64,000 nucleotides of DNA from a virus. The translations under genes were made by a program, and so were the position numbers. The stretch is taken from IMG/VR virus record IMGVR_UViG_3300037264_002228, positions 34,444 to 98,443 of that record, one strand, 5' to 3'. Positions within the stretch are counted from its first letter, which is position 1, and each line of letters starts with the position of its first letter. Below, piece after piece: positions 10,105-21,052 of the stretch. The notes beneath the pieces were generated by a model. That model saw nothing but the letters and a program-made list of their open reading frames with translations, searched no databases and was not told the DNA's origin.

Positions 10105-11778
10105 ATGACAGAAGAAACAGTATTTAGTTTACCAACAGACCCACAAGAATTTGGTATCATATTACCTCCAGCCGATCTACGACGTATTAATTTTAGTGCA
10201 TTAGACTTTGTAACATTACGTCGTGCATTAGTAGAGTATATTAAAACGTATTTTCCGAATGATTTTAATGACTTTGTTGCAAGCAACGGCTCAATAATGT
10301 TCATGGAGTTGGTATCAGCAGTTGGTAATATTCTATCAGAGCGCAGCGATATTCTTGTTGATGAATCTTTTTTGCCTACTTCTCAGACTAAAGAGGCAGT
10401 AATTAATCATTTGGCGTTGATAAATCAGCAAATTTTGAGAGCTACACCAGCTGTAATTGATGTTGAAGTTAGCATCAATAACGCAGCACAAACTCAGATC
10501 TCACTACCTGCCGGTTTAAAATTTAATCTTGTTGGTGCTGATGGTCGAGCTTTAATATATGAAATATATAGGGCTCCAAATGATTTTACTAGTAATATTA
10601 TAATTCCACCTAATAAACGTGGTGTTATTGCATTTGGTATTGAAGGATCGTTTGCTGATCCTATTATTGTAGAATCTGCTGGTGGACCAGATCAAGAAAT
10701 CGAAATATTAGATCCCGATGTGTTGGATGATCCAATATTTGTTGATGTGACAACTGGCATTGATACAACTCGCTATGCGCGTGTTGATAGTATAGAAAGA
10801 TACAATTCTAATGATGCTGTGTTCCAAGTTGTATTTGGTGATGATCGTGCTAAAATCGTATTTGGTGATGACATAGCTGGCAAAGCACCGTTGGCTGGAC
10901 AAACTATTACTGTTCGTTACCGCTCTGGTGGTGGTATACGTGGACGTATAGGCACAAATATCATTAATGAGACAAGACCTGTAGTGCCATTAGCTCCAGC
11001 TAGCGCACCTGTTGAAGTATTATTTAGAAATCCATCACCAAGTTCAGGTGGTACAGATGAAGAAAGTCTTGAATCAGCAAAGGCACGAGCTCCTAAAGAC
11101 GCAGCAACATTAAATTCAGCTACCACTGGTGAGGATTATGCACAGCTATCTTCGACTTTTGCTCATCCAGTATTCGGATCTGTATTAAAGGCTGTTGCTG
11201 TTCTAAGAACTGGTGTAGAAAATGCTGCTAGCATTGCACAAATGGTTAGGTCGGCGGCTACAATAGACGATGCTGTTGAGATATTAGATGCCAATTTTAT
11301 AAATCGGAATATTGTTGAACTATATGTTCTAGCCGAAGGTCCTGATAATATACCAGTTAAACCAAGTGCAGGTTTAAAGCAAGGATTAGTACAATTCTTT
11401 TCAGAGATTGCGGTATTAACCGATGAAGTTAGGGTCCTTGATGGAGAAATTAAACCAATTAATTTTAGAGCCAATGTTATTATGAATAGGACGTCCGACG
11501 CTGGTACAATCAGAGAAGCTGTAAACAAAGTTGTGAATGATTTCTTTGCTGTCGACAAGTTTGATATGGGCAAAGCTTTGTATGTAAGCAAACTATATGA
11601 AGCTATTCAATCAGTTCCAGGCGTAAAATTTGCTAAAATTTTCGAGCCAGCTGACGATGTATTACCTACTAAGCAATTAGCAGTTTCTGGATCTATTGGT
11701 GTAGGATTTAATGAGCTGATAACGCTTGGTGAAAAGAATATTCTATTCTTTTTTGAGCGTGGTGCGGCTGATCGTTAA
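10105..11778 (+). CDS. baseplate wedge protein gp6 / baseplate J-like
   Basis: DFVTLR..F.NDF, FGD..AGK.P, YRSGGG..G, GG.DEES.E..K..AP, T.EDY motifs. Confidence 0.9.
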   Translation: MTEETVFSLPTDPQEFGIILPPADLRRINFSALDFVTLRRALVEYIKTYFPNDFNDFVASNGSIMFMELVSAVGNILSERSDILVDESFLPTSQTKEAVINHLALINQQILRATPAVIDVEVSINNAAQTQISLPAGLKFNLVGADGRALIYEIYRAPNDFTSNIIIPPNKRGVIAFGIEGSFADPIIVESAGGPDQEIEILDPDVLDDPIFVDVTTGIDTTRYARVDSIERYNSNDAVFQVVFGDDRAKIVFGDDIAGKAPLAGQTITVRYRSGGGIRGRIGTNIINETRPVVPLAPASAPVEVLFRNPSPSSGGTDEESLESAKARAPKDAATLNSATTGEDYAQLSSTFAHPVFGSVLKAVAVLRTGVENAASIAQMVRSAATIDDAVEILDANFINRNIVELYVLAEGPDNIPVKPSAGLKQGLVQFFSEIAVLTDEVRVLDGEIKPINFRANVIMNRTSDAGTIREAVNKVVNDFFAVDKFDMGKALYVSKLYEAIQSVPGVKFAKIFEPADDVLPTKQLAVSGSIGVGFNELITLGEKNILFFFERGAADR

Positions 11779-11905
11779 TTCGTCTGTAATTAGTGTTATT
11801 AAATCTTCAATAGTTGCTTTAATAGTAGTATTAATTGAAATGTAGTTATTATCGTTTATTGTAGTGTGTACCATATAGCTGTTTGGTGTGCCTTCTATCT
11901 TAAAA

Positions 11906-12184
11906 TCAACCCAAATCTGTTTCAATTGATTCTCTAAACTTCTTATATACACTACCAACTAGTTTTGTGATATCATAAAAATGTCCATGGTAAACTATAG
12001 CTATTTTGCCATTTTTATCTTCAGCCATTGTTATAGCATTTGTTATTCCTTCTGATACTAGAAGTGGGCCCAACACATCATCAATTTTTTCATCTAATGA
12101 TTTTTGTTGAATTGGTAATTGTTCTGATTCAGTTGGGAGCCGCTTTTCCTCGGAAGGATCAAGTTTTTTGTCATTATCATTCAT
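11906..12184 (-). CDS. hypothetical protein
   Basis: ORF fills the gap; ATG at 12184 (MNDNDKK) is the likely start. Confidence 0.5.
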   Translation of the reverse strand: MNDNDKKLDPSEEKRLPTESEQLPIQQKSLDEKIDDVLGPLLVSEGITNAITMAEDKNGKIAIVYHGHFYDITKLVGSVYKKFRESIETDLG

Positions 12185-12225
12185 AATCAACCAGTATTTA
12201 AAGTCAGTTAAAAATAAGACGTTCA

Positions 12226-12867
12226 ATGAATAACCAAGACGAAGTTACAACTATTTACGAGTGTTATAAGCGTGCGATGGCAAGTGTTGGATATAATATA
12301 CAATTGCCCGCCGACACAGACCCAGAAAAAACATATGCATTTCGTGCAATAAAGAAATTTATACATCAAACTAAACAATGGAATTTAAATACTGATATTA
12401 CTAGAGCATTGGTACGTGAAGTTGTTTTATACGGTAAACAGAATGGTCTTCTAAGAAAAGGCACTGCTCTTCTAAACATGAAATCTGTTCTTACTATTTG
12501 CCATAATTATTTGGCGAATCAAGTTACTAGAACAAATGCATTGGTTGTTGATATAACGAGAACAAAGAAATTTATTGATCACCATATAATTAATGATGAT
12601 GTCATTGGTACGTTAGTAACTAAAATTAATCGAGATGGCTACTCAAATATTGTGTTGTGGTATCGGTCTGGTGATATTTCTATTAGTTTTATTTCAATTT
12701 CTAGCAATAGTAGAAGGGCATTGAATTTATTATCACCTGATGAACGAGCCAATTTTCCGTCTGATGAAAAATTAGTCAGCAATAGAATCAAAATTTTGAA
12801 AGATAATGAAATTCGATCCAAATTAGTAAATATTTTGGGAAGTGATTTACTAAAAATAGGTCCATAA
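12226..12867 (+). CDS. hypothetical protein (weakly gp59 helicase-loader-like)
   Basis: 213 aa; only a loose resemblance around WYRSGDISISFI; function uncertain. Confidence 0.4.
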   Translation: MNNQDEVTTIYECYKRAMASVGYNIQLPADTDPEKTYAFRAIKKFIHQTKQWNLNTDITRALVREVVLYGKQNGLLRKGTALLNMKSVLTICHNYLANQVTRTNALVVDITRTKKFIDHHIINDDVIGTLVTKINRDGYSNIVLWYRSGDISISFISISSNSRRALNLLSPDERANFPSDEKLVSNRIKILKDNEIRSKLVNILGSDLLKIGP

Positions 12868-12878
12868 CGGGTGGGAAA

Positions 12879-15392
12879 ATGACTGGCGATAAGATAACAT
12901 ATACACATGAAGCAGTATTAAAATCATGTCTTGAATATTACGATGGAGACATAATGCAGTCTTCTATTACACAAAAGAAGTATTTGTTGCGTGATAAAGA
13001 CGGAACGTTTTATGAATCAAATCCTGACCATATGCATGATAGGTTGGCGCGTGAATTCGCTCGCATAGAAAAGAAAATGAATCAGACTATTGATGAAAAT
13101 GCATATTTTGCTAGAGTGCGAGCATTATTAAATCGATTTTCTAAAACAGTGCCACAAGGTAGCCCAATGGCAGCAATTGGTAATGATTTTCAGATTCAAT
13201 CTCTGAGCAATTGTATGGTCATTGCTGCGCCGCATGACAGCATGGCAGGCATTTTTAAATCTGGACTGGAAATTGCCGAATTACAAAAACGCCGTGCTGG
13301 TGTTGGTATAGATCTATCGACCTTACGTCCAGTCGGTTCTAAAGTGAACAACGCCGCCCTTTCGTCATCAGGTGTACCATGCTTTTCTGATTTTTATTCT
13401 GATATTACACGTATGATAGGCCAGCGAGGCCGCGTTGGGGCTCTGATGCTGACGTTGGATATTAGACATCCAGATGTTGAATATTTTACATGCATGAAAT
13501 CAGATCTTACTAAGGTTACTGGTGCAAATGTCTCTCTAAAATTAACTGATGAATTCATGAGCGCCGTTGAAAATGATAAAGAGTTTGTACAACAATGGCC
13601 GATTGATGTACCACTTGAACAAGCTAAAGTTGTTAAAAAAACTAAAGCTAGAGATCTATGGAATATTATTATTGAACAAGCGTGGAAAACGGCTGAGCCT
13701 GGTCTTTTAATGTGGGATAATTACACTAGGATGCTTCCAGCACATCAATATCCAGGATTTGAGACACAAAGTACAAATCCATGTTCCGAGATTGCTTTAT
13801 CACCAAACGATTCTTGCAGGTTGATTTCACAGAATTTATTTGGTTGGGTAAAAGACCCATTTTTAAAAGATGCACGTTTTGATTTCGATGAATATTTTGA
13901 AGACACACGTATTGCACAGAGAATGTCAGATGGTATAGTTGAATTGGAATTAGAATCAATTCAAAAAATTATTGATGTCTCAGATTCTGATTTCGAACGT
14001 GAGCTGTGGAATAAAGTACTGCTTGCTGCATGTAATGGTCGCAGAACTGGTTTAGGCACACATGGTTTAGCTGATGTGTTCTTAGCACTCGGAATACGAT
14101 ATGATTCAGATGATGCTATCGATCTTGTTGACAAAATTTACAATACGCATAAGTTAGCAAGCTATACAGAATCTATCCAAATGGCTAAAGAACGCGGTGC
14201 TTTCCCTGCTTGGAATTGGAAATATGATGAACGATCAGAGTTTATACGCGCATTACCAGAGAAAATGAAACTAGACATAAAGAAATATGGTCGTCGTAAT
14301 ATTTCTAATCTGACTATTGCACCGACTGGTAGTGTGTCAGTTGTATCTGGTACTTCATCTGGCATTGAACCTGTGTTTAGATTAGTATATGATCGCAGAG
14401 TTAAAATCACACATGTCGACATGTCAATTCCAGTCGATTATGTTGATGCAGTTGGTGACAAATGGACCAATTTTAGAGTAGTACATCCAATGGTTAAGCA
14501 TTATTTTAAAGCTAAAGGCATTAAATGCCCAATTAATAGTGGTCGAGATTTTTCAATGACTCTAGAAGATGCCAATGAAATCATTGAAAAACAACTACCA
14601 AAATGGTTTGTTACTTCTAATAAAATAAATTACATGCAAGGAATTAAATTGCAAGCTATGGCTACAAAACATTTAGACCATGGTGTGTCTAAAACCATTA
14701 ATTTACCGAAGGGCTCTAAAAAAGATGAGGTTAGTCAAGTTTATTTTAAAGCTTGGAAAATGGGTTTAAAAGGTGTAACGGTATATGTTGATGGATCTCG
14801 TGATGGCGTATTGATCTCTGAAACAAAGAAAGAACCAAGCGATGAGAATAGGCCATCATCTATAATTGATAATCATGCGCCTAAGCGTCCAAAATCACTG
14901 TCTGCAGAAATTCATCACATAAAAATCAAGGGCAAAGACTGGGCGGTTGTTGTTGGATTATTGGGTAACAAACCATATGAAACGTTTGCTGGTAGAGGAT
15001 TGGTATTACCTAAAACTGATAAAATTGAATCAGCAACAATTACCAAAGTTTCTAATGGGCGTTATAAACTTTCAATTAAAATAGTTGATAATGGTATAGA
15101 AGAATATAATGACTTACGTGAAATTTATGACAACAATGAAGAAAGAGTAATTACACGGTCAGTATGCCGAGAACTTCGACATGGAATTCCAATTGAATTT
15201 ATTGCAAAGGATCTTGCCGAACATTCTGGTTCAATTGCAAATTTCTCTGCCGCATTGGCTAGAGTATTAAAGAAATATGCAAAAAATGCTAATCGCTTAA
15301 TGAAGAAGTGTCCACAATGTTCTGGTACTGATTTTATTATGCAAGACGGGTGCGCAAGTTGTGTAACTTGTTATTTTTCTAAATGCAGTTAG
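12879..15392 (+). CDS. nrdJ: class II (adenosylcobalamin-dependent) ribonucleotide reductase
   Basis: SLSNC, TNPCSEI, RRTGLG, TIAPTGS, SSGIEP, SKTINLP, KGVTVY; C-terminal TSCPD-type domain and CPQC..CVTC zinc ribbon; no small subunit adjacent. Confidence 0.9.
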   Translation: MTGDKITYTHEAVLKSCLEYYDGDIMQSSITQKKYLLRDKDGTFYESNPDHMHDRLAREFARIEKKMNQTIDENAYFARVRALLNRFSKTVPQGSPMAAIGNDFQIQSLSNCMVIAAPHDSMAGIFKSGLEIAELQKRRAGVGIDLSTLRPVGSKVNNAALSSSGVPCFSDFYSDITRMIGQRGRVGALMLTLDIRHPDVEYFTCMKSDLTKVTGANVSLKLTDEFMSAVENDKEFVQQWPIDVPLEQAKVVKKTKARDLWNIIIEQAWKTAEPGLLMWDNYTRMLPAHQYPGFETQSTNPCSEIALSPNDSCRLISQNLFGWVKDPFLKDARFDFDEYFEDTRIAQRMSDGIVELELESIQKIIDVSDSDFERELWNKVLLAACNGRRTGLGTHGLADVFLALGIRYDSDDAIDLVDKIYNTHKLASYTESIQMAKERGAFPAWNWKYDERSEFIRALPEKMKLDIKKYGRRNISNLTIAPTGSVSVVSGTSSGIEPVFRLVYDRRVKITHVDMSIPVDYVDAVGDKWTNFRVVHPMVKHYFKAKGIKCPINSGRDFSMTLEDANEIIEKQLPKWFVTSNKINYMQGIKLQAMATKHLDHGVSKTINLPKGSKKDEVSQVYFKAWKMGLKGVTVYVDGSRDGVLISETKKEPSDENRPSSIIDNHAPKRPKSLSAEIHHIKIKGKDWAVVVGLLGNKPYETFAGRGLVLPKTDKIESATITKVSNGRYKLSIKIVDNGIEEYNDLREIYDNNEERVITRSVCRELRHGIPIEFIAKDLAEHSGSIANFSAALARVLKKYAKNANRLMKKCPQCSGTDFIMQDGCASCVTCYFSKCS

Positions 15393-15410
15393 TTTAGTAT
15401 TTAAAAAATT

Positions 15411-16913
15411 GTGTTAGCACGTATTACAGACAATGACTGGGTCTATTTAGATCAAGTAACAATGGGTGTAGAGCCTAGGTTAGTTGAATATTTTAGTGTA
15501 AAACACCCAAGAGCACACTTCATAGATACAATGCAACAAAGTTGGGATGGTGTCTATCGCAAATATGACACCAGGAGACAACGTTTAGCAAGACCGTTGT
15601 TATCTGAGCTTGTTCAGATGTGTCAAATCAATGATATACCACTCGAAATTAAGGACGAGCGACCTATATCAGAGCCACCAGATCCCAGTGTTGTTGGTAC
15701 GGATTGGTTGTCTGGGATTGTGTTAGAACAATATCAAATTGATGCAATTAAAACTACAACAAACGAAGAAGTTGGTATATTTAAACTACCAACTGGCGCT
15801 GGCAAGGGAGAACTGATTGCTGGAATTGCTAAGTTATTTAATTGCACGACAGTGATTATCGCTGAACAACGTGTTGTAATTGAACAACTTAAAAAAAGAT
15901 TATTATTACGTGACATATTTGATGTTGGTTTATTTTACGGTGGCGAAACGCCAACTGGACAAAAGATCGTCGTTGGTTCAATACAATCTATGGCGACACC
16001 ACCAGAATCGTATAAAGTTAAAAACCCACAAGCCTATGCTAAACGTTTTAAACACGCAAAACAATTCCAGGCAATCGCAAAGAATGCTGAATTATTAATG
16101 GTCGATGAAGTTGATAGGGCAGTTAGTAAACACTATAGAAATCTATTTAAATTTCATTTCAATGGACGTAGGAAATATGGCTTCACCGCCACGCCATTCG
16201 ACGCTAAGAAGCCAGTACAAAACTTAATATTAAAAGAACATATGGGATCAATCATTTACGAAGTTGATCGTAACTCTGTTGAGGATCTTGGTAGAATCAT
16301 ACCAGCAAAATTTTACATGTTAGCTGTTGGAGAAGATGGTAATAAAAATGATAAAACCGCATTTGATATAGCTGAACGTGAACAGCTAATTGACAATGTG
16401 GAGTTTCATCAACGTGTTGCTAAAATAGTAAGTGCATTTCCAAATGATTCAACATTAATCCTTGTTGATACCCTAAACGTAGAAGATCTTGGTACAGCTT
16501 TAGAAAAAGAAATACCTGGCTCAAAATTTATATTCGGCAAAACGCCAAACACAATCAGGCGTTCATCTCTTGAGGCCTTTGAAAATAAGGAATTAAGATG
16601 CCTAATTGGTGGTAAAATTCTTAAACGCGGACTAGATTTAAAGGGTGGTGTTGATAATTTAATAATCTGCGGCGGTGGCCAATTGTGGTCAGATTTAGAA
16701 CAAAAAATTGGTCGCGCACTTCGTGTTAATGAACGAAAATGGTCTAGAGTTTTTAATTTTTTGTTTCTTAATAACTATTATTTGTATCGACATGGCCGTG
16801 AGCAACTTAAGGCGATAGTTAGCATGAGATATCAGATTAATGTGGTATTCAAAAACGCTACAGTAGATGGTGCTCAGTTTGTATCGTCTAGATTTCGCAA
16901 ACCTAAAGTATAA
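15411..16913 (+). CDS. uvsW: SF2 DNA helicase, UvsW-like
   Basis: PTGAGKG Walker A, VDEVD, GFTATP, QKIGRALR; N-terminal WDG motif. Confidence 0.85.
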   Translation: MLARITDNDWVYLDQVTMGVEPRLVEYFSVKHPRAHFIDTMQQSWDGVYRKYDTRRQRLARPLLSELVQMCQINDIPLEIKDERPISEPPDPSVVGTDWLSGIVLEQYQIDAIKTTTNEEVGIFKLPTGAGKGELIAGIAKLFNCTTVIIAEQRVVIEQLKKRLLLRDIFDVGLFYGGETPTGQKIVVGSIQSMATPPESYKVKNPQAYAKRFKHAKQFQAIAKNAELLMVDEVDRAVSKHYRNLFKFHFNGRRKYGFTATPFDAKKPVQNLILKEHMGSIIYEVDRNSVEDLGRIIPAKFYMLAVGEDGNKNDKTAFDIAEREQLIDNVEFHQRVAKIVSAFPNDSTLILVDTLNVEDLGTALEKEIPGSKFIFGKTPNTIRRSSLEAFENKELRCLIGGKILKRGLDLKGGVDNLIICGGGQLWSDLEQKIGRALRVNERKWSRVFNFLFLNNYYLYRHGREQLKAIVSMRYQINVVFKNATVDGAQFVSSRFRKPKV

Positions 16914-17052
16914 TGAATTTGCGGGAAGAAGCTATAAATCGCAAAGACCCATTAATGCATGCTCTGCTTCTAAGATTTAACACAAATAACTTAAATATAT
17001 TCATCAAATATTTTCATACGTAAATAATATTATAGCTTTACGATGAGGATAT

Positions 17053-17862
17053 ATGGCAAAGAAAGACCAGAAAACTACTAAAATAGATCAAAAGGCACAA
17101 AAATCTAAACAAAAAATAGACCCAAAACTTGTAAAGCAGCTAGCACAAACAGCTATTTTGCCAGAACATGAAGCTAAGTCCAAAGGGTATTATTTTGATA
17201 ATTATAAAGTAGAGCAATTGCTTACTGTATACGTTAAGGGTGGTTGTGTCGATGTTAAGCTTCGTGACGAAATAATGTTAAATGCCATGGAGCTTTTAAG
17301 ACAAATAATTCGTACACATAATTTCCATAACATCTATCCAGGTCACGATCCAGCGAGCTTTGGTGATTTATTCCAAACTGGTTGGTGTCAAATTGAAAAA
17401 ACATTATATAAGTTTAATTATGAGCCTGGTCACACTAAAGTGTTTAATCTATGGTCTCAAGTTGCCAAAACCGTTATATTAGCATATATTAAACGTGAGA
17501 TGCGGGACAAAAAGAATTATGGATCATATAAAAATCATCAAATAAATCATTATAAACCAAATAGTGCAGTTCTAGAACGATTTATAAATGAAGCACGGTC
17601 TATGGGTCAGTATGATGAAGATGGTTTGCGTATTGTAGATTGTCTTGAAAAATTATACAAAATTGATGAAAAACCGTATGATGGTCTCATTGGAAAGTTA
17701 GTCAGGCTTAGTGGGTTGTCACGCCAAAGAATAGTAAGTTTTTTGAAGCAAGTACGTTTGCGTAGCTTTGAATTTACTGATTCTCCATTAAATCAGGAAC
17801 GTAGTCAGCTATCAAAGGGCGGGTCGTCAAGAGACGAAGACGGCGAAGAAGACTACAACTAA
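17053..17862 (+). CDS. late-transcription sigma factor, gp55-like
   Basis: NF..Y..GDLFQTGW..IEKTLYKFN...KVFNLWSQVAK...YIKRE resembles sigma region 2 of gp55; upstream of the packaging and head module. Confidence 0.65.
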   Translation: MAKKDQKTTKIDQKAQKSKQKIDPKLVKQLAQTAILPEHEAKSKGYYFDNYKVEQLLTVYVKGGCVDVKLRDEIMLNAMELLRQIIRTHNFHNIYPGHDPASFGDLFQTGWCQIEKTLYKFNYEPGHTKVFNLWSQVAKTVILAYIKREMRDKKNYGSYKNHQINHYKPNSAVLERFINEARSMGQYDEDGLRIVDCLEKLYKIDEKPYDGLIGKLVRLSGLSRQRIVSFLKQVRLRSFEFTDSPLNQERSQLSKGGSSRDEDGEEDYN

Positions 17863-17900
17863 ATTGTTAGATATTAACTATCCCCAGTCGAATATATAGT

Positions 17901-18659
17901 ATGGATAGTGTTGACCCATCTGGTGACAAAAAGCCAGAAATGCATGATGATGATAAATTTGGAGACGAACCAATAGCTTCAACATCCATTTATGTTGGTG
18001 CGCCAGACGGTAAAGTAGTATCAGATGCTAAACTACGTCAAATATTTATGTCTGGCATACAAGCATATATAGACAAAGTGACCGAATTAGGTGGTGAGCC
18101 AGATTGGGATGGTGTAATTGAATGGTATATTGGTGATCATAATTATTTCCCAAATTTGGTTGCTGAAGGATTATCACCATTATCTCATGACAATTCAATT
18201 CAACGTAAAATTCGTAAACACAAAACACCACGTGCACGGAGGCATATGAAAGGCAGTGACAGATATCGTAGAACAGACCCGGTCAAAAGGGTTAAAGCTA
18301 GACTAAAACGCGATTCAAGGCACCAACCAAAACCAGAAGTAGAAGAAGCATTTTCATTTATTGCGAAATATGTTGGCAAACCGATTACAGAATCAGATTT
18401 ACAGAACATTGGTAATATAGAACTATTTGCAGATTCAATTGATTTATTGTCGGCAATGGCATTCGGTGGATGGTCTAAAACTAATGATGGGATATCTAAT
18501 GGTCGATACGTTTTGGAAAATGAGAATTTAGATATTAATGATGGGCAACTTATCTATAATAAGTTGCCATTAAAATTGAATTGGGATTGGTTATATTCTG
18601 TAAAGCAATTAGTTGACAAACGAATATCAGACGATAATCGTAAATCGTGGACAGGATAA
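17901..18659 (+). CDS. hypothetical protein (HDDDxF motif, basic central segment)
   Basis: 252 aa ORF in the late operon. Confidence 0.6.
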   Translation: MDSVDPSGDKKPEMHDDDKFGDEPIASTSIYVGAPDGKVVSDAKLRQIFMSGIQAYIDKVTELGGEPDWDGVIEWYIGDHNYFPNLVAEGLSPLSHDNSIQRKIRKHKTPRARRHMKGSDRYRRTDPVKRVKARLKRDSRHQPKPEVEEAFSFIAKYVGKPITESDLQNIGNIELFADSIDLLSAMAFGGWSKTNDGISNGRYVLENENLDINDGQLIYNKLPLKLNWDWLYSVKQLVDKRISDDNRKSWTG

Positions 18660-18660
18660 T

Positions 18661-19170
18661 ATGGACATAGAAGAGACGCCAGAACAAGAAAATAATGACC
18701 TACATGACTTACTAGCAGAATCTGAAGTTCCGACATATATTGAAGTAGAAAAACCAGAAACAAAGTCTGAAGTAGTATCTGGTCCTAAAGTTGAGATTAA
18801 GCAAGATAAACCAATTCCAGACGATGAAGTACAGAAAATATTTAAAAAATTCTTAGATATTAGTAATACAATATTACTTAATTATAATGCTGACCGCGAA
18901 CAAATTGAAAAGACAATTCAATATCTTGATACAATGACACAAATGGGACCAAAGAGCGGTAGAGTGTACATTGAAATGTTAGTTGCCGCTCTTAGAACAA
19001 AAGCCGAAACAAACACAAATGCTGTGAAATTACTTGATGCAATGGCAAAATTCTTATCTGCTGGCAAAGGCACGCAGATATTCGTGCAGCAGAATCAAGC
19101 ATCAGCACCATCTGATTTGGTTAAACTGCTTGAAACTCCCGAATACCCAGACGAGAAGCGGGTAATGTAA
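18661..19170 (+). CDS. probable terminase small subunit
   Basis: Helical protein directly upstream of the large terminase; RVYIEML..TNAVKLL resembles gp16. ATG 18661 follows AGGA. Confidence 0.55.
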   Translation: MDIEETPEQENNDLHDLLAESEVPTYIEVEKPETKSEVVSGPKVEIKQDKPIPDDEVQKIFKKFLDISNTILLNYNADREQIEKTIQYLDTMTQMGPKSGRVYIEMLVAALRTKAETNTNAVKLLDAMAKFLSAGKGTQIFVQQNQASAPSDLVKLLETPEYPDEKRVM

Positions 19171-19172
19171 CA

Positions 19173-21014
19173 ATGGCAATAGATCCAGTTACCGCCAAGT
19201 TAATTAAGCGTTGTCAGAAGAGTCCGGCTTTCTTCCTAGATAATTTCGCTAAGATTCAGCATCCTAAGTTGGGTGTTATCCCATTTAAGTTATTTAAATA
19301 TCAACAGAAGTGTCTATCTGATTTCTTAAGCAATAGATTCACAATCTTTAAGAAAGTTAGGCAGTGTGGGATTTCTACGATTTCTGGTGGTTTCGCATTG
19401 TGGTATGCAATGTTCTTTAATAATAAGAACATTCTAATTGTTTCAAAACGTGATGATGACGCGATGGATTTTTTACGTCGCAATGTTAAGGTCATCCATG
19501 ACAATTTACCAGATTGGATGAAAGACCTGTGGCCACGTGTTGTTGATAATGAACATGAAATTTTATTTCCAAATGGATCTCGAATAAAGAGTTTAACATC
19601 GTCTAAAGAAACATTGCGTTCACAGGCTGCATCATTGAACATTATTGACGAGGCGGCATTCATTCCAGATATGGATGATATGTGGGCAGCAGGTTTACCA
19701 TCAATCCAACACGGTGGTACTGTAATAGTAATTTCTACAGTTAAAGGTGTTGGTAACTGGTATTGGCAAACATGGACTGACGCAGAAGCCAATCAGAACG
19801 ATTTCCACCCAATTGTTATTGATTGGTGGGATATGGATTGGAAACTTGAATTTGGTGATGAGTTGTCTGGTAGGACTATTTCAATTGATCCTACTCGTGG
19901 CAAACGTGAATGTCTTACAAAGGAAGACAAAGACAAATATGGCCCATATTGGTCACCTTGGTTAGAAGAACAATACCGTAATTTGACACAAAAAGGTGAT
20001 TCTACTAAATTTAGACAAGAAATATTGTGTGCATTCGTCGGCACAGGTGATAGTGTTTTGAACCGTGAGGCCCTACAGGCAATTACTGAATCTGTCGATA
20101 AAAATTACAAGACTATTGATAAAGTTGATTATGTAAACCCATATTCAGAAAATAGGGACGTTTTAGAGTTTCAAGATAGACTATGGATATGGAACACACC
20201 TGAGGCTGGCCATATTTATACAATGGGTGTTGATACATCATCTGGTGACGCTAGCGATTATTCCACCATCGAAGTCTTTGATATAAACGAACAAGAACAA
20301 GTTGCAGAATTGCAAATCAAGGTGCTCCCAAGAGTATTTGCAAAGATGGTTGATTATGTTGGTCGTTGGTATAATAATGCTTTTGCGGTAGTTGAACGCT
20401 CTGGCATCGGTGTTGCAATTTGTCAAGAACTTTCTGAAAATTTAGGATATCAAAATCTATACCGTAAAGCTAAGAAAAATGCATACAATAAAGACATAAA
20501 ATATGGTGATGTTGGTTTTGCAACTACAACAACATCTAAACCATTACTAAATAAATCATTAACTGACAATATCGGTCAAGATGGTTGGACAATCAAATCA
20601 ATGCGTTTACAGAGAGAGTTCTTAATATATGTTCATTTAAAAGGTGGCCGCACTGGGGCTGAGCCAGGCAAAGGCAATAATGACGATTTAGTAATCGCAG
20701 CCAGTTTGTGTTTTATTGGTGCCAATCAGGCGGCAACAAATGATGTTACTCCATTAATACCTTTAAGGAACATGGACTTAGGACCAACTTTGCGCGATCC
20801 GGGTGGGTCAGTCCATACATTGCAAAATATTGCAAATACAAATAACATTATGTTACCAGTACAGATTATTGATAATTCTTCACAACCACTATCAATTATG
20901 CAAGAACTATCCAAATTTACATCACAACTTGGTTCAATGCCTATGGATAGAACCACAGTAAATCCAATAAATCCTCAAAAACATGCAATTAGATGGTATA
21001 AGAACAAGAAATAA
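19173..21014 (+). CDS. terL: terminase large subunit
   Basis: KVRQCGIST Walker A, IIDEAAF Walker B, VISTVKG, GVDTSSG..DYS, DDLVIA. Confidence 0.95.
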   Translation: MAIDPVTAKLIKRCQKSPAFFLDNFAKIQHPKLGVIPFKLFKYQQKCLSDFLSNRFTIFKKVRQCGISTISGGFALWYAMFFNNKNILIVSKRDDDAMDFLRRNVKVIHDNLPDWMKDLWPRVVDNEHEILFPNGSRIKSLTSSKETLRSQAASLNIIDEAAFIPDMDDMWAAGLPSIQHGGTVIVISTVKGVGNWYWQTWTDAEANQNDFHPIVIDWWDMDWKLEFGDELSGRTISIDPTRGKRECLTKEDKDKYGPYWSPWLEEQYRNLTQKGDSTKFRQEILCAFVGTGDSVLNREALQAITESVDKNYKTIDKVDYVNPYSENRDVLEFQDRLWIWNTPEAGHIYTMGVDTSSGDASDYSTIEVFDINEQEQVAELQIKVLPRVFAKMVDYVGRWYNNAFAVVERSGIGVAICQELSENLGYQNLYRKAKKNAYNKDIKYGDVGFATTTTSKPLLNKSLTDNIGQDGWTIKSMRLQREFLIYVHLKGGRTGAEPGKGNNDDLVIAASLCFIGANQAATNDVTPLIPLRNMDLGPTLRDPGGSVHTLQNIANTNNIMLPVQIIDNSSQPLSIMQELSKFTSQLGSMPMDRTTVNPINPQKHAIRWYKNKK

Positions 21015-21052
21015 TGTAAAACATTGTCGGATGGAAGATATATAAAGAAGAT

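Noticed and set aside
11743-11958. 71 aa minus-strand ORF
   Set aside because: Overlaps both neighbours, has no clear RBS or motif; left uncalled.
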